IMG/VR virus record: IMGVR_UViG_3300011336_000179 | Location: 1-28,136 of that record | Reading direction: 5' to 3' (one strand) | Length of the DNA: 28,136 bases | From: a virus | Taxonomy: Duplodnaviria; Caudoviricetes | Part shown: piece after piece, positions 1-7,329 of the stretch | Layout of the letters: every line of letters begins with the position of its first letter | How positions within the stretch are numbered: the first letter of the stretch is position 1 | Made by a program: the position numbers and the translations under genes | The notes under the pieces: generated by a model | What the model was told of the DNA's origin: nothing | Database searches by the model: none | The model's input: only the letters and a program-made list of their open reading frames with translations

Positions 1-15
1 GTCTCGCGTTCACCT
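1..15. repeat. Terminal direct repeat, left copy (GTCTCGCGTTCACCT); candidate cos/cohesive-end sequence or circularisation overlap
   Basis: Identical to bases 28122-28136. Confidence 0.9.
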
Positions 16-29
16 GTTTCTGGGTATTA

Positions 30-377
30 TCAAAAAGATTCCTTAGTGCTATTGGGATCTGTTCTTAGCCTTAAGAGGTAATCCTCATGACCCTTTGATA
101 CAATGTAAGCAATAGATCCACGAGGAACACCGCACACCGTTGCAATGTTATCCAATGTGATTCCGCGTTCTCTAAGAAGGAACGCCTTGTTGCACAGCTC
201 AGGCGTGATCGGGCTGCTGGTCTCTTCCTCGGGCTCCAGGTTGGGTATGGGGTCGCCCTCGGCGTCCATCTGGGTGCCGCGCGGGTAGGACATCCAGCCG
301 TGCTTGATGGCGTAGCGTACCAGGTGCTTCGCTTCCCGCAGGACTTGGGTCTGGCTGATGCTGTATTGCGTTGTCAT
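30..377 (-). CDS. Hypothetical protein with C-terminal HTH-like motif
   Basis: 115 aa, abuts dnaB stop; LRERGITLDNIATVCGVPRGSIAYIV resembles an HTH. Confidence 0.6.
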   Translation of the reverse strand: MTTQYSISQTQVLREAKHLVRYAIKHGWMSYPRGTQMDAEGDPIPNLEPEEETSSPITPELCNKAFLLRERGITLDNIATVCGVPRGSIAYIVSKGHEDYLLRLRTDPNSTKESF

Positions 378-1673
378 TTAGAATGTCGGTGATGGGTCGG
401 AGAATCGGCAGAACTTGCCGTCGTAGTGTAGCTTCACGGTGCCGCATTCGCCGTCTCTTTGTTTGGCGATAATGATCGAAGCCTCGCCGCTCGGCTCTGT
501 TCTGTCACGATTTAGAAGGGCCACTAGGTCACTATCGCGCTCCAGTTGTCCGCTGTCGGCCAGGTCTGAGAGCTTAGGCTGCCTGCCTTTTTCCTTCTCG
601 GATTCCCGGTTTAACTGCGCCAGTGCGAGCATGGCCACGCCTGTTTGCACGGCGATGTCCTTGAGTTTTCCTGATACCTCGGCCACCTCGTAGGTGCGCT
701 TCTCTGAGCGGTCGGCTGCCTTGACCTTCTGGATGTAGTCCACGATCACCAGTCGCACCTGATGCTTTCTGACAGCCCTTCTGACGTGGGCGGTAATGCT
801 AGAGATGCTGTGGCTGCTGGGTCCATCGAGGAACCATAGGGGGCTGCCTGCGATCTTAGCGGAGGCGGCGGTCATGGATCTCATATCGCCATCGGTCAGG
901 TCGCCGCTCTTTAGGTTCTGCATCGGAATGCTTCCAATGGTCGAGACCATGCGTCTAAAGATAGCTGCCCGAGACATCTCCAGGCTGACAAACAGTGTGG
1001 GCACCTTGTCCTGGATGGCTGCCTTGTGCGCGATGGCGATGGCGATGGCTGTCTTTCCAATGGAAGGCCGGGCTGCAATCAGCGCCATCTCCCGGAGCTG
1101 CAGGCCGTCGGTCTTGTGGTCGAACCAATGGAAGCCGGTGGCGATGCCTGACAGCGTGCCCTTACGGTTGAACCTGTCCTGCATCTCGTCGATAAAAGAT
1201 CCGGCCACCTGCTTCGACGTTTGCAATGTCTCCTTGGAGACATCAATGGTGAGCCCTGCTTCGGCATTGGCGACGATTTGATCCGGCTGGAGGGTCAGGA
1301 CAGCAGACTCTCGAATTAGGCGGTCTCCAGCGTCTCTGAGCTGGCGCCGATGGGCTGCCTCGGTGATGCCCTTGATGTAGTACGGAAGATTGGCCGGCGA
1401 TGGGCAGACTTCCATGGCCTGGTTCCACTGGTCAAAAGGCATAGGCAGTTGGCCGTAGGCCTTGCGCCATTCCTTACTTAGCTCCTTTAGGGTCGGCTGT
1501 TGGTTCTCCTGCACCAGGCCGCGGATGGCATCGAAGGTCAGTCGGAGGTTGTCCTGGGTGATCCATTCGCTCCGGATGTCTGCCAGGGCATCGGAGCAGG
1601 TGTCGATGGAGCCGGTAAGGCAGGCGCCGATCATTCCCAGCTCGTCGTCGTTGGGATAGTAGGGGTCGCTCAT
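378..1673 (-). CDS. dnaB: Replicative DNA helicase, DnaB family
   Basis: Walker A AARPSIGKT, SLEM, Walker B LVIVDYIQ, LAQLNRE, SDLADSGQLERDSD, IIAKQRDGECG. Confidence 0.95.
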   Translation of the reverse strand: MSDPYYPNDDELGMIGACLTGSIDTCSDALADIRSEWITQDNLRLTFDAIRGLVQENQQPTLKELSKEWRKAYGQLPMPFDQWNQAMEVCPSPANLPYYIKGITEAAHRRQLRDAGDRLIRESAVLTLQPDQIVANAEAGLTIDVSKETLQTSKQVAGSFIDEMQDRFNRKGTLSGIATGFHWFDHKTDGLQLREMALIAARPSIGKTAIAIAIAHKAAIQDKVPTLFVSLEMSRAAIFRRMVSTIGSIPMQNLKSGDLTDGDMRSMTAASAKIAGSPLWFLDGPSSHSISSITAHVRRAVRKHQVRLVIVDYIQKVKAADRSEKRTYEVAEVSGKLKDIAVQTGVAMLALAQLNRESEKEKGRQPKLSDLADSGQLERDSDLVALLNRDRTEPSGEASIIIAKQRDGECGTVKLHYDGKFCRFSDPSPTF

Positions 1674-2389
1674 ACGGAGTCCCTCCAGTCGACTTCCTTT
1701 TTCGCCGCGCCTTTACATCCAACCAGACCCGAGGCGTCTCCTAGGCGAGACAACCAATTCCTCAAGGCAGCAGGCCAGGACTTCATTGGGTTCTTTCCAA
1801 CCTTCCAACCATTGGACTCGTAGTAATTGTGGAACTTGTCGACCTCGGTGATGGGTAGGCCGATCAGGGTAGCCTCGGTGTTCAGTTGCTCCAGCGTAGG
1901 CTTCTGGAAACGAGCGGTGGGCGGCTTGTCCGCCTGTATCTTAACTATAGGAGATGGAGTAGGAGATGGAGAGCCATCATCTGGCCATGCTTCCGCCAAT
2001 GGGGTCGCTATGGCAACCCTATTGGGGTCGCCATCGTTTGGCCATTTTTCCCATCGTTTCTTGGCCCCACTCAGGCCTGCTGCTGCCTGTTTGGCCTTAA
2101 AGGCCTGCTGATCCTCTCTCACCTTCTCAAGTCGGACGTTCTTAAGTGTATGGCCATCGGATAGCGGGAACTTAGCCAGGACATAGCCAATGCATGGCGA
2201 CCCCATGAGTCCTGCGATGCGTGCTGCACGATCTTGGTCTGCCGGGATTCCACCATGCGACCACTGGTGACACAGCAGCCTGATGAACCCACCGACTTCC
2301 TCGGCGGTCATGTCGGCGGTGCCAGCAATGAAGTCATCGGCATACAGTTGGAAGGCTGGAGCCCGACCTTTAATTTGATTGTCTTTCAT
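1670..2389 (-). CDS. Phage replication initiator (YdaU/DUF1376-like N-terminus, lambda O-like role)
   Basis: APAFQLYADDFIAGTADMTAEEVGGFIRLLCHQW N-terminus; SPSPTPSP linker; C-terminal FHNYYESNGWKVGKNPMKSWPAALRNW; 4-bp overlap with dnaB. Confidence 0.8.
   Translation of the reverse strand: MKDNQIKGRAPAFQLYADDFIAGTADMTAEEVGGFIRLLCHQWSHGGIPADQDRAARIAGLMGSPCIGYVLAKFPLSDGHTLKNVRLEKVREDQQAFKAKQAAAGLSGAKKRWEKWPNDGDPNRVAIATPLAEAWPDDGSPSPTPSPIVKIQADKPPTARFQKPTLEQLNTEATLIGLPITEVDKFHNYYESNGWKVGKNPMKSWPAALRNWLSRLGDASGLVGCKGAAKKEVDWRDSV
1999..2206. repeat. Iteron-like 13-bp repeats inside the initiator gene (candidate origin)
   Basis: ATGGGGTCGCTAT 1999-2011, TTGGGGTCGCCAT 2022-2034, inverted degenerate copy 2010-2022, inverted ATGGCGACCCCAT 2194-2206. 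Confidence 0.45.
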
Positions 2390-2392
2390 GTA

Positions 2393-2485
2393 TCAAACGG
2401 AAATCCCCACCCAGTCCGCGGTGAGAACTCCCGTACAAGCAACGGGACGTGACACGGAAAGAGTGGGGAAAAGTGGGTTGAACAT
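2393..2485 (-). CDS. Possible 30-aa leader ORF through the structured RNA
   Basis: ATG at 2485 is open to TGA at 2393, 3 nt before the initiator ATG (MFNPLFPTLSVSRPVACTGVLTADWVGISV). Confidence 0.3.
   Translation of the reverse strand: MFNPLFPTLSVSRPVACTGVLTADWVGISV
2405..2468 (-). ncRNA. C4-antisense-like structured RNA
   Basis: Minus strand: CCCCACUC/GGGUGGGG and UCCGUG/CGCGGA stems enclose a UCCCGU/ACGGGA hairpin; three 7-nt segments are complementary to upstream sites. Confidence 0.6.
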
Positions 2486-2486
2486 G

Positions 2487-2534
2487 GCTTGTAGTTGTGG
2501 TGTCGGCGTTTGCTTCTCACGGCTCACGTCGACA
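2487..2534 (-). promoter_or_regulatory. a1/b1-like target hairpin for the C4-like RNA
   Basis: UGUCG..CGACA hairpin carrying GACGUGA and GUGAGAA, followed by UACAAGC; each is complementary to a segment of 2405-2468. Confidence 0.5.
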
Positions 2535-2573
2535 GGCCGCTCTCTAACTGACAGCCGGGGCGGTGTCCAGCGC

Positions 2574-3233
2574 TCAGTAGGCCGGAATCAGGATGTCGGC
2601 CACCTGCTGGGTTAACTGCACGTCCCTCAGGCAGTAGTCGATGGCTGCCTGGCGGTCGGTATTCCACAGCAGGGCGAACTCGGCGCCGCTGCCTGTCTTG
2701 TCCCCGAGGCCTAGGTGCCGGCAGATGGCTCCGAGGCTGCCGTGGGCTCGATTGTCCCCAAGCTGCCACACCTCGCGCAGGTCGACCACCAGGTCATTCC
2801 AGTAGCGTCCCTGGCGCAGCCAGTAGGGCACCGTGATGCGGTGCTTCCAGCTCCTCTTGATCAGGAACGGCAAATCGAAGGCCTTGATGTTGAAGCCAAT
2901 GAGTTTTGGCTGCCGTTCATAATAATTGAGCATGGTCCACCATTCCCGGAGCATGGCGGCCTCGTTGCCCTCGTTCTTGAGCACGCCGAGGTGCTGGTGC
3001 TCGAAACGGTAGCCGATGCACAGGATCTGGCCTGAGAGGGCATCCAGGGCAGCGTTCCGGATGTAGTCGTTTGCGTGGTTGGCTTCAGCGGCCTGGATCT
3101 TGTCGGCGATCTTGTCCGGATCCTTGATGTTGCCGAGTTTTACATCGGCAGGGTTGAAAGGCGGGATGTAAAGCTGGTCGGCCGGTAAAGGCCCGGTCTC
3201 GATGTCGAAGATGATGGTTGGATTGGCTGGCAT
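2574..3233 (-). CDS. DnaQ/PolB-like 3'-5' exonuclease (DEDD)
   Basis: ExoI IIFDIET, ExoII GFNIKAFDLPFL, ExoIII YCLRDV. Confidence 0.85.
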   Translation of the reverse strand: MPANPTIIFDIETGPLPADQLYIPPFNPADVKLGNIKDPDKIADKIQAAEANHANDYIRNAALDALSGQILCIGYRFEHQHLGVLKNEGNEAAMLREWWTMLNYYERQPKLIGFNIKAFDLPFLIKRSWKHRITVPYWLRQGRYWNDLVVDLREVWQLGDNRAHGSLGAICRHLGLGDKTGSGAEFALLWNTDRQAAIDYCLRDVQLTQQVADILIPAY

Positions 3234-3240
3234 AGTTCTA

Positions 3241-3322
3241 ATGGTTGAGATTGTTGCGCGTTTGTCCCGATGCGCGCCCCCGGTTACCCACGAGTCCCAG
3301 CAGCAACAGGCTGCCGGAAAGT
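3241..3322 (-). promoter_or_regulatory. Conserved leader element copy 2 (hairpin + AACCRGGGGCGCG-N-AACGCGCA)
   Basis: Shares motif with 8774-8846; intergenic, upstream of the exonuclease. Confidence 0.5.
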
Positions 3323-3324
3323 TA

Positions 3325-3720
3325 TCAGATCTGTTTGCCGCAATGAGGGCAGACGGTCTTGGTCAAAGGCTGTCTTACGGTGGGCACGCCCAGCCATTCG
3401 CAGATTTCACGATACGATACCCACCCGAATCCACGCACCGACCTGGGCTGCAGGTGGCCTAGGTTGTAGAGGTCGAGAGCCTCCTGCCGGCTCTTGATGG
3501 CTAGGCTTTCCAGGATATTGAATGTCCTGGTCGAGAACGGGAATCCCCACACCCGCAGGATCTCCTCGTGCTTCTCTGCCGCCTGCTCGATCTGGTTAAT
3601 CCGCTGGCGGCTCAGATTGAACCGTTTGCCGATCTCCTCCAGGGTGTAGCCCTCGGATCTGAGCTGAACCACCTCGGGCACCATGTGCCTCAGCTTCATC
3701 GTGGGTTTGCGGATCTTCAT
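3325..3720 (-). CDS. Putative transcription regulator: sigma70 region 4-like HTH fused to RNAP alpha-CTD-like domain and a CxxC tail
   Basis: YTLEEIGKRFNLSRQRINQIE (sigma r4); FSTRTFNILESLAI...VRGFGWVSYREICEWL (alpha-CTD pattern); CPHCGK. Confidence 0.7.
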   Translation of the reverse strand: MKIRKPTMKLRHMVPEVVQLRSEGYTLEEIGKRFNLSRQRINQIEQAAEKHEEILRVWGFPFSTRTFNILESLAIKSRQEALDLYNLGHLQPRSVRGFGWVSYREICEWLGVPTVRQPLTKTVCPHCGKQI

Positions 3721-3723
3721 AGA

Positions 3724-4464
3724 TCAGAAGGGCACGTCGTCGAAGTCGGGCTCGTCGGCCTTGGCCAGCTCCTCAAGGCGCTTTGTAACCGCGGCGATCA
3801 GGGCGATGTCTTCAGGCGTCTTGCCGCTGGAGACCTTGGCCTTGGGCAGCCAGTGCTCAGCCAGGCCGCGCACGGCGTCGTTGGTCAGCTCCGACAGAGG
3901 CGTGCCTTTGAACTTACCGACGTGCACCTTCACCTCGGCGATCTTAACCGGCGCCGCGGTGGCCGGCGTCACCGTCCTCACCTGGTCGTCCTCCCGGGGC
4001 GGCCTGTCCTCCAGGCGTATCCAGAGGCCCGAGGGCTTGAGGGGCTCGCCGCTCTTGTGTGGCATGATCAGCTTGATGTTGCTGAAGGTCTTGGTGCCGT
4101 CCCTCGATTGCTCGTGAACGATAACCACGGTGGCCGGCCTGCCGATCAGGCTGTCGAGGTTTAGGCTGACGGTCTCCTCGGCGGTCAGGGCTCGGCCATG
4201 CCAGTCCTTCAGGAACTTGGTCAGGCCGGCCTTCTCGTGCAGGCTGGGCGTCATCGGCGCCGTCATCACCACCCAGGGCTGCACTGGGTTGCGTGACTGG
4301 TCGATCAGATCCAGCTCGAAGGCGATCTTGAACTTCTGTTTCACCCCATACTCGGTCTCATAGGCCTTTAGCGGTGTGATGTCGACGCAGACCGCGCGGC
4401 CTGTGTACTCGGGGCAGGGTGTGAAGTTCCCGCCGCTTGGTTTCGTTGATACTGTGATTCCCAT
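3724..4464 (-). CDS. Putative single-stranded DNA-binding/replication protein
   Basis: 246 aa; OB-fold-like N-terminus (LHEKAGLTKFLKDWHGR..LDSLIGRPATVVIVH); acidic SSB-type tail DFDDVPF. Confidence 0.6.
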   Translation of the reverse strand: MGITVSTKPSGGNFTPCPEYTGRAVCVDITPLKAYETEYGVKQKFKIAFELDLIDQSRNPVQPWVVMTAPMTPSLHEKAGLTKFLKDWHGRALTAEETVSLNLDSLIGRPATVVIVHEQSRDGTKTFSNIKLIMPHKSGEPLKPSGLWIRLEDRPPREDDQVRTVTPATAAPVKIAEVKVHVGKFKGTPLSELTNDAVRGLAEHWLPKAKVSSGKTPEDIALIAAVTKRLEELAKADEPDFDDVPF

Positions 4465-4496
4465 GTGTTTGCTTTGTTGTGTCGTTGTTGTTGTGT

Positions 4497-4691
4497 CTAC
4501 CTGGAGGCTTGTTTCTCGACCTCCGAAAGTTGTTTTGCCATCCGGTCGTACTGAGCCCAGTAGTCGGGCCAGGTCGACTTGATCTTCGCCAGGTTGTCTT
4601 GGTCAACCACCAGTGCCGCGGAGCCCAGCTTACTGACAAAGCTCCCGCCGTACTCGACCATGCACCGGGCCACGTCTCGGTCAGTGATCAC
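4497..4691 (-). CDS. Hypothetical protein
   Basis: 64 aa, coupled by a 4-bp overlap; MVEYGGSFVSKLG..D..N..KIKSTWPDYW small phage protein pattern. Confidence 0.7.
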   Translation of the reverse strand: MITDRDVARCMVEYGGSFVSKLGSAALVVDQDNLAKIKSTWPDYWAQYDRMAKQLSEVEKQASR

Positions 4692-4843
4692 TTGCTGGCC
4701 TTTCCCCGCTTGCGCCGCCAGTAGCTGACGTCATCGACCTTGTAGTCCCGGGCTGCCTTGTAGATCTCGCCAGCCTGCTGCTTGCTGATGCAGTAGACGC
4801 CGTCGCCATGCTTGATTTTCTTGGCCACTGTGTTCTCGCTCAT
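4688..4843 (-). CDS. Hypothetical protein (51 aa, MSENTVAKK...)
   Basis: ATGA overlap with the upstream stop fixes the start at 4843. Confidence 0.6.
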   Translation of the reverse strand: MSENTVAKKIKHGDGVYCISKQQAGEIYKAARDYKVDDVSYWRRKRGKASK

Positions 4844-5037
4844 GCTGGTTGGATGATGAAGTCGAAGTTGTTCTGCCAGGTGTCGCACAGCCGGTTGTAG
4901 GTGTCGCCCTTGATGCGCCAGGTGCGCGGGTCCCGGGTGGTCCCGGAGTGCCGGCACTTGATCCGCACGTCGATGTCCTTGATAGCGGTGTTGCGCAGGT
5001 GATGGTCTCTGGGTAGTTCGTGGAGTTTAGTGATCAT
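4840..5037 (-). CDS. Hypothetical protein (65 aa, MITKLHEL...)
   Basis: ATGA overlap at 5034-5037. Confidence 0.6.
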   Translation of the reverse strand: MITKLHELPRDHHLRNTAIKDIDVRIKCRHSGTTRDPRTWRIKGDTYNRLCDTWQNNFDFIIQPA

Positions 5038-5255
5038 GGTTTGCCCCTCTCCTCCTCCACCCAGTCCTTCCACAACAGCAGATCCGCTCGCATTGCGTCG
5101 TTCTCCTCCTCAAGCCGCTTGATGCGGTCTTTGTGCTGCTTGATCTCGTTTCTGAGGCAACGCTCAGACCGTGCAAGCTCGTCGTCGCCAACCTTGGTCC
5201 AGCAGGAATAAGTGATGTCGGTTCGATTATCTGCATGGCAGTAAGGACAGCTCAC
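5034..5255 (-). CDS. Small Cys-rich/coiled-coil protein, member of a tandem modular family
   Basis: GTGA overlap; CPYC N-terminus; RIKRLEE..DAM shared with 5521-5766. Confidence 0.65.
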   Translation of the reverse strand: MSCPYCHADNRTDITYSCWTKVGDDELARSERCLRNEIKQHKDRIKRLEEENDAMRADLLLWKDWVEEERGKP

Positions 5256-5524
5256 GGCTTGGCCTCCCCTCTGGCTTTGTTCCACAGATCAACGTCGTAT
5301 CCAAAGCCCAGTTCGTGGGCCATCAAGTCACCTCCTGTTTCAAGCGCGGCAACGTAGTCGTATAGCTTTGAGATGCGCTCGTTTGCCACGTTGAGTTCGC
5401 GTTCAATGTCGCAACCGACACGGTAAACATCTCCCGTCATATGCTCCATTGCAGCCATCTGTGCCGCTTTCATGCGCGGCGTCTCACCGATCATTTTCGT
5501 GACGTCAGGAATATGATCGCTCAC
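5252..5524 (-). CDS. Small coiled-coil protein, tandem modular family
   Basis: GTGA overlap; ETPR..IERELN..W.KA..EAKP. Confidence 0.65.
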   Translation of the reverse strand: MSDHIPDVTKMIGETPRMKAAQMAAMEHMTGDVYRVGCDIERELNVANERISKLYDYVAALETGGDLMAHELGFGYDVDLWNKARGEAKP

Positions 5525-5766
5525 GGCTTTGCCTCCTTGGCTTTGGTCCAGAACTCCTGACCTACACGCTCCGACCATGGGAACATCGCATCACCAGCCT
5601 CCTCCAGCCGCTTGATGCGCTCTTGAGCGGCGTTGAGTTCGCGTTCAATGGTGCGAGCGAACTCCGACGGAACTGCGGCATTACGCAGCGAATCACCAGC
5701 TAGTATTTCAAATCGAGTGCATGGTTTACCGTTGATCTGTTCATCAGTTCTAGGGGTGTCGCTCAT
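5521..5766 (-). CDS. Small coiled-coil protein, tandem modular family (MSDTPRTD...)
   Basis: ATGA overlap; DTPR..IERELN..RIKRLEE..WTKAKEAKP. Confidence 0.7.
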   Translation of the reverse strand: MSDTPRTDEQINGKPCTRFEILAGDSLRNAAVPSEFARTIERELNAAQERIKRLEEAGDAMFPWSERVGQEFWTKAKEAKP

Positions 5767-6113
5767 TTGGATTCCTCCATCACTCCGCACGGGAGCCATG
5801 TTTTGCCGCCGTCGGTGCTGTGTTCGCGTTCATCAAGCCACATTTCCCTGCCGCATTCGGAACTAACCCAGTGGATGAGCATTCGGTCCTTTGGATCGTG
5901 CTTGTACCTCATCCATGCTCCAATTGGAACCTCATCCGCTGTCCACGGGCGGAGAACAGGGGTGGGTTTGATGCGGTAGTCGTATGCACTCCAATCCCAT
6001 CCCGGTTTATCGGTAGAATTCCAATCCATTGAACCCCACCTAAACTCCACTTCCTTCCCATCCACAAACGCCTGCATGACGCGGATGGCTTCGATTGTTT
6101 GTTCGCGTGTCAT
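5763..6113 (-). CDS. Hypothetical phage protein
   Basis: 116 aa, coupled at both ends; MQAFVDGKEVE..P.WDW..YDYRIKP pattern. Confidence 0.75.
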   Translation of the reverse strand: MTREQTIEAIRVMQAFVDGKEVEFRWGSMDWNSTDKPGWDWSAYDYRIKPTPVLRPWTADEVPIGAWMRYKHDPKDRMLIHWVSSECGREMWLDEREHSTDGGKTWLPCGVMEESK

Positions 6114-6265
6114 TTCGATTCCTTCCTTTGTAGGTATTCCGCAACCGCTTCGTCGGCGACGTATTGCAATTTAAATCCCTTTCGTTTCGCGTATTCTTTC
6201 AACCTTCGATGTGTTTCGGCACTTACAATAAACACTTTCTCGGTGGGTTTTTTATCCTTGGTCAC
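6110..6265 (-). CDS. Ribbon-helix-helix-like DNA-binding protein
   Basis: 51 aa, GTG start overlapping the resolvase stop; KVFIVSAETHRRLKEYAKRKGFKLQYVADEAVAEYL. Confidence 0.65.
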   Translation of the reverse strand: MTKDKKPTEKVFIVSAETHRRLKEYAKRKGFKLQYVADEAVAEYLQRKESK

Positions 6266-6717
6266 TTGAGTCCCTCCGAGATCATGGCGTGCTCCAGGAG
6301 CAGCACGGCGTCCGCGGTCTTCAGCGTGATCACCTGGCGGGGCTGCCTTTGCTGCGCGATCTGCTTGAGGTGGGCCTTCCATTTGGCCCCATGGGTAGCC
6401 TTAGTGCCGGCGCCCAGCGTCTTCTGCCAGCGCTGCGGCGGCACCTCGATGCACCTGGTCTTCGAGGCTGCGATCAGGCCATGCAGGAAGCCGACGTTGT
6501 AGCCGAAATTGAACATGGAGCTGCCTGGGGCGCCCTTGCCGCCGACGTACCCGCCGACCTTCTCGATGTAGACCACGTCGCTGATGGCCAGCCTGTCGCT
6601 CACCAGGATGCTGATGTCCTGGTCAGTGGTTGGCATCGAGTTCAAGATGATTCCGCTTGGCCCGAGGTAGGCCAGGCCGCCGCTCATACCCGGGTCGATG
6701 GCTAGGATGCGAGTCAC
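6262..6717 (-). CDS. RuvC-like Holliday junction resolvase
   Basis: ILAIDPG, VVYIEKV, SMFNFG, VPPQRWQK, ADAVLL. Confidence 0.85.
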   Translation of the reverse strand: MTRILAIDPGMSGGLAYLGPSGIILNSMPTTDQDISILVSDRLAISDVVYIEKVGGYVGGKGAPGSSMFNFGYNVGFLHGLIAASKTRCIEVPPQRWQKTLGAGTKATHGAKWKAHLKQIAQQRQPRQVITLKTADAVLLLEHAMISEGLK

Positions 6718-6851
6718 TTAGCAGCCTTTCTCAGCCAAGACAGGATGGCCTTGTCGGCCACTGCCTGCAGTTTGAGGCCGGCAGCGAGGCAGTAGTCCCG
6801 CAGGGCCTTGTGAGTTTCTTTGGTCACGTTGATGGTTTTCGGTTTGGTCAT
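6714..6851 (-). CDS. Ribbon-helix-helix-like DNA-binding protein (not in ORF track)
   Basis: 45 aa MTKPKTINVTKETHKALRDYCLAAGLKLQAVADKAILSWLRKAAK; coupled at both ends; paralog of 6110-6265. Confidence 0.7.
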   Translation of the reverse strand: MTKPKTINVTKETHKALRDYCLAAGLKLQAVADKAILSWLRKAAK

Positions 6852-7324
6852 TGGGTGATCTGCTTTGCGATCTCCTGGCCAAGGCCAACGTTCGACCGTC
6901 CCAGGAGGGCCAGCCTGTGCGCCATCTTCTCGGTGACCGACTCATGGCGTTTGCGCTCGCAGTCGGAGAGTAGGTTGAGATTAGTCTTGGTGCCCAGGAT
7001 CACCGAGGCCTTGAGGCTGTTCAAGGCCACCCGGTTTAGGTGCTCCATTTCGTCGGCGTTGGTGTTGGGCGGCAGGATCTGGAAGCCGGCCCCGCGGAGG
7101 CCCCGCTGGCTGAAGTTCATGCCACGCTGCCGGAGCAGCACCCGGATGTTGTGCGCGGCCATCTGGAAGGCCATGGAGTTGGCCTTTTCCTCCAGGGCTG
7201 CCTCCATCTCCTCGGTGGTCACGGTCAGGCCATAGGCCAGCCGGTGCTCGTTGCGGTCGATCCAGTCCTTCCAGAGCGGAAGGCGCCGGACTTCTTCTTC
7301 GTTGATCATGTCTTGTGTTTCCAT
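6848..7324 (-). CDS. Hypothetical protein, candidate accessory gene of the RAMP/GGY-NN locus
   Basis: 158 aa (start 7324 or 7309) immediately after repeat unit 5; RGAGFQILPP motif then helical C-terminus. Confidence 0.7.
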   Translation of the reverse strand: METQDMINEEEVRRLPLWKDWIDRNEHRLAYGLTVTTEEMEAALEEKANSMAFQMAAHNIRVLLRQRGMNFSQRGLRGAGFQILPPNTNADEMEHLNRVALNSLKASVILGTKTNLNLLSDCERKRHESVTEKMAHRLALLGRSNVGLGQEIAKQITQ

Positions 7325-7329
7325 TTGCT

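Noticed and set aside
2405-2468. tRNA gene
   Set aside because: Branched fold but no D-loop/T-loop consensus or CCA end
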